Virus record (IMG/VR): IMGVR_UViG_3300025284_000002
Coordinates: 1 to 43,380 of that record
Source of the DNA: a virus
Reading direction: 5' to 3' (one strand)
Length of the DNA: 43,380 bases
Under the pieces are notes generated by a model. That model was given only the letters and a program-made list of their open reading frames with translations, was not told the DNA's origin and ran no database searches. A program made the position numbers and the translations under genes. Of the stretch, positions 42,622 to 43,380 are shown in pieces; position 1 is the stretch's first letter, and each line of letters starts with the position of its first letter.

Positions 42622-43118
42622 TGGCGCTCACGCTCAATCGGCTCAAGACGCTGCTGCACTACGACCCGTTGAGCGGGGCGTTCACTTGGCGTGTCAGAAC
42701 GTCGAACCGGATTGCCGTTGGTGATGTGGCTGGCACGAAGAACGCCGCCGGGTACGTGAGCATCAGCATTGACGGGAAGCTGCATCGTGCGAACAGGCTC
42801 GCTTGGCTGTATGTGACTGGTGAGTGGCCGGTCGGCGATGTTGACCACAAGAACGGCGTCCGCCATGAAAACTGGTTTGCCAACCTGCGCGATACGAGCC
42901 GATCTGTGAATCTGCAGAACCAGCGGCGGGCCAGAACCAACAACCAATCGAGCGGCTTGCTCGGCGTGTCAGCGTCGCTCGGCCGCGCGAAGAGATGGCG
43001 GGCGAGCATCAAGGCGGAGGGCAAAGCGAAACATCTAGGTCGCTTTGCCACGAAAGAGGAGGCGCAGGAAGCGTATCTGGCAGCGAAGCGTGATCTTCAC
43101 CAAGGCTGCACGATCTAG
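42621..43118 (+). CDS. HNH (HNH_3) plus AP2-domain homing endonuclease
   Basis: GYVSISIDGKLHRANRLAWLYVTGEWPVGDVDHKNGVRHENWFANLR (intact HNH). GLLGVS...RWRASIKAEGKAKHLGRFATKEEAQEAYLAA (AP2). Confidence 0.85.
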   Translation: MALTLNRLKTLLHYDPLSGAFTWRVRTSNRIAVGDVAGTKNAAGYVSISIDGKLHRANRLAWLYVTGEWPVGDVDHKNGVRHENWFANLRDTSRSVNLQNQRRARTNNQSSGLLGVSASLGRAKRWRASIKAEGKAKHLGRFATKEEAQEAYLAAKRDLHQGCTI

Positions 43119-43124
43119 TCAACC

Positions 43125-43150
43125 AAAGCCGGCACCGAGCCGGCTTTTCT
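43125..43150 (+). terminator. Intrinsic terminator after the HNH-AP2 gene
   Basis: The hairpin aaagccggc-accga-gccggctttt is followed by ct. Confidence 0.7.
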
Positions 43151-43196
43151 CATTCTGGGGCTCGCTTTGGCGGGCCCTTTTTCTTTGGGCCCCTAG

Positions 43197-43380
43197 ATGA
43201 CCACTGACAGTCGCAAGATTCAGCTAGAGACCGCAGTCGACGCAACGGGCGCGAAGGCGGGCTTCCAGCAGGTCAAGGATTCCGCCAAGGACATGGCGCA
43301 ATCCGTTGCTCAGTCCGGCCAAGCGGCCTCAAAGGGCATCGACGGAATTGGTGACGGCGCGAGCGCTGCCGGCGCGAAGG
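43197..43380 (+). CDS. Tape measure protein, 5' end (continues at base 128 after the overlap is removed)
   Basis: ATG immediately after an in-frame TAG. MTTDSRKIQLETAVDATGAKAGFQQV... runs in phase into the 127-bp overlap. ATG at 40 is an alternative start. Confidence 0.6.
   Translation, partial: MTTDSRKIQLETAVDATGAKAGFQQVKDSAKDMAQSVAQSGQAASKGIDGIGDGASAAGAK
43254..43380. repeat. Terminal overlap identical to 1-127
   Basis: Exact duplicate of the window start. Confidence 0.95.

Larger units (their letters stand above)
42100..43150 (+). mobile_element. Inserted two-gene cassette (zinc-finger protein plus HNH-AP2 homing endonuclease) with its own AT-rich leader and terminator
   Basis: It interrupts the otherwise universal chaperone-to-tape-measure adjacency. 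See the component features. Confidence 0.45.

Noticed and set aside
43254-43380. The 127-bp end repeat interpreted as a biological direct terminal repeat, LTR or att duplication
   Set aside because: It lies in phase inside the tape-measure coding sequence, far from the terminase/cos region and from int/attP. Its length equals a common assembler k-mer. It is best explained as circular-contig overlap.
1-43380. CRISPR arrays, rRNA genes, transposase/IS elements, reverse transcriptase (retron or DGR), toxin-antitoxin pairs
   Set aside because: Scanning by eye found no regularly spaced direct repeats, no rRNA-like segments, no DDE or serine transposase motifs beyond the tyrosine integrase, and no YxDD reverse-transcriptase motif in any long ORF. 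The GNAT has no adjacent RHH/DUF1778-type antitoxin, so a TacT-like toxin-antitoxin module is not supported.

Overview
The window is a complete, circularly closed genome of a GC-rich temperate lambdoid siphovirus. Bases 1-127 are identical to 43254-43380, so the unique length is 43,253 bp, and the junction lies in phase inside the tape-measure gene. The layout is lambda-like. attP, int and xis sit at the end of a long leftward early operon (minus strand, 23303 down to 13687). That operon carries a YqaJ exonuclease plus annealing protein, Lar-like and MazG-like proteins, and many small ATGA-coupled ORFs. The immunity region (23343-24979) has four ACACC-N4-GGTGT operators, divergent PL and PR promoters, an XRE-type repressor and a Cro/YdaS-like gene. 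The rightward early region encodes an RHH protein, an orphan DPPY DNA methyltransferase, O-like and P-like replication proteins, NinB, NinG and a Q-like regulator. A 430-bp late regulatory gap with a strong terminator follows. The late operon then runs from 32343 across the circular junction to about 13539. It encodes an HNH endonuclease, small and large terminase, HK97-type portal, ClpP-like protease and capsid, connectors, a tail tube protein, a G/GT chaperone pair with a GGGAAAC -1 frameshift site, and the tape measure. It continues with a GTA-like distal tail module (DUF2460, DUF2163, NlpC/P60, host-specificity protein), two distal tail proteins, and a GH108 endolysin with a 3TM holin. Three accessory cassettes deserve the most attention. 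(1) A GNAT acetyltransferase, an HTH-metallophosphoesterase and a tail-anchored membrane protein are coupled to the holin next to attP. (2) Two genes are co-transcribed with the repressor in the rex position, one of them secreted. (3) A self-contained cassette (CxxCxGxG zinc-finger protein plus HNH-AP2 endonuclease) is inserted between the tail chaperone and tape-measure genes. All family names come from motif recognition by eye; no database search was run.
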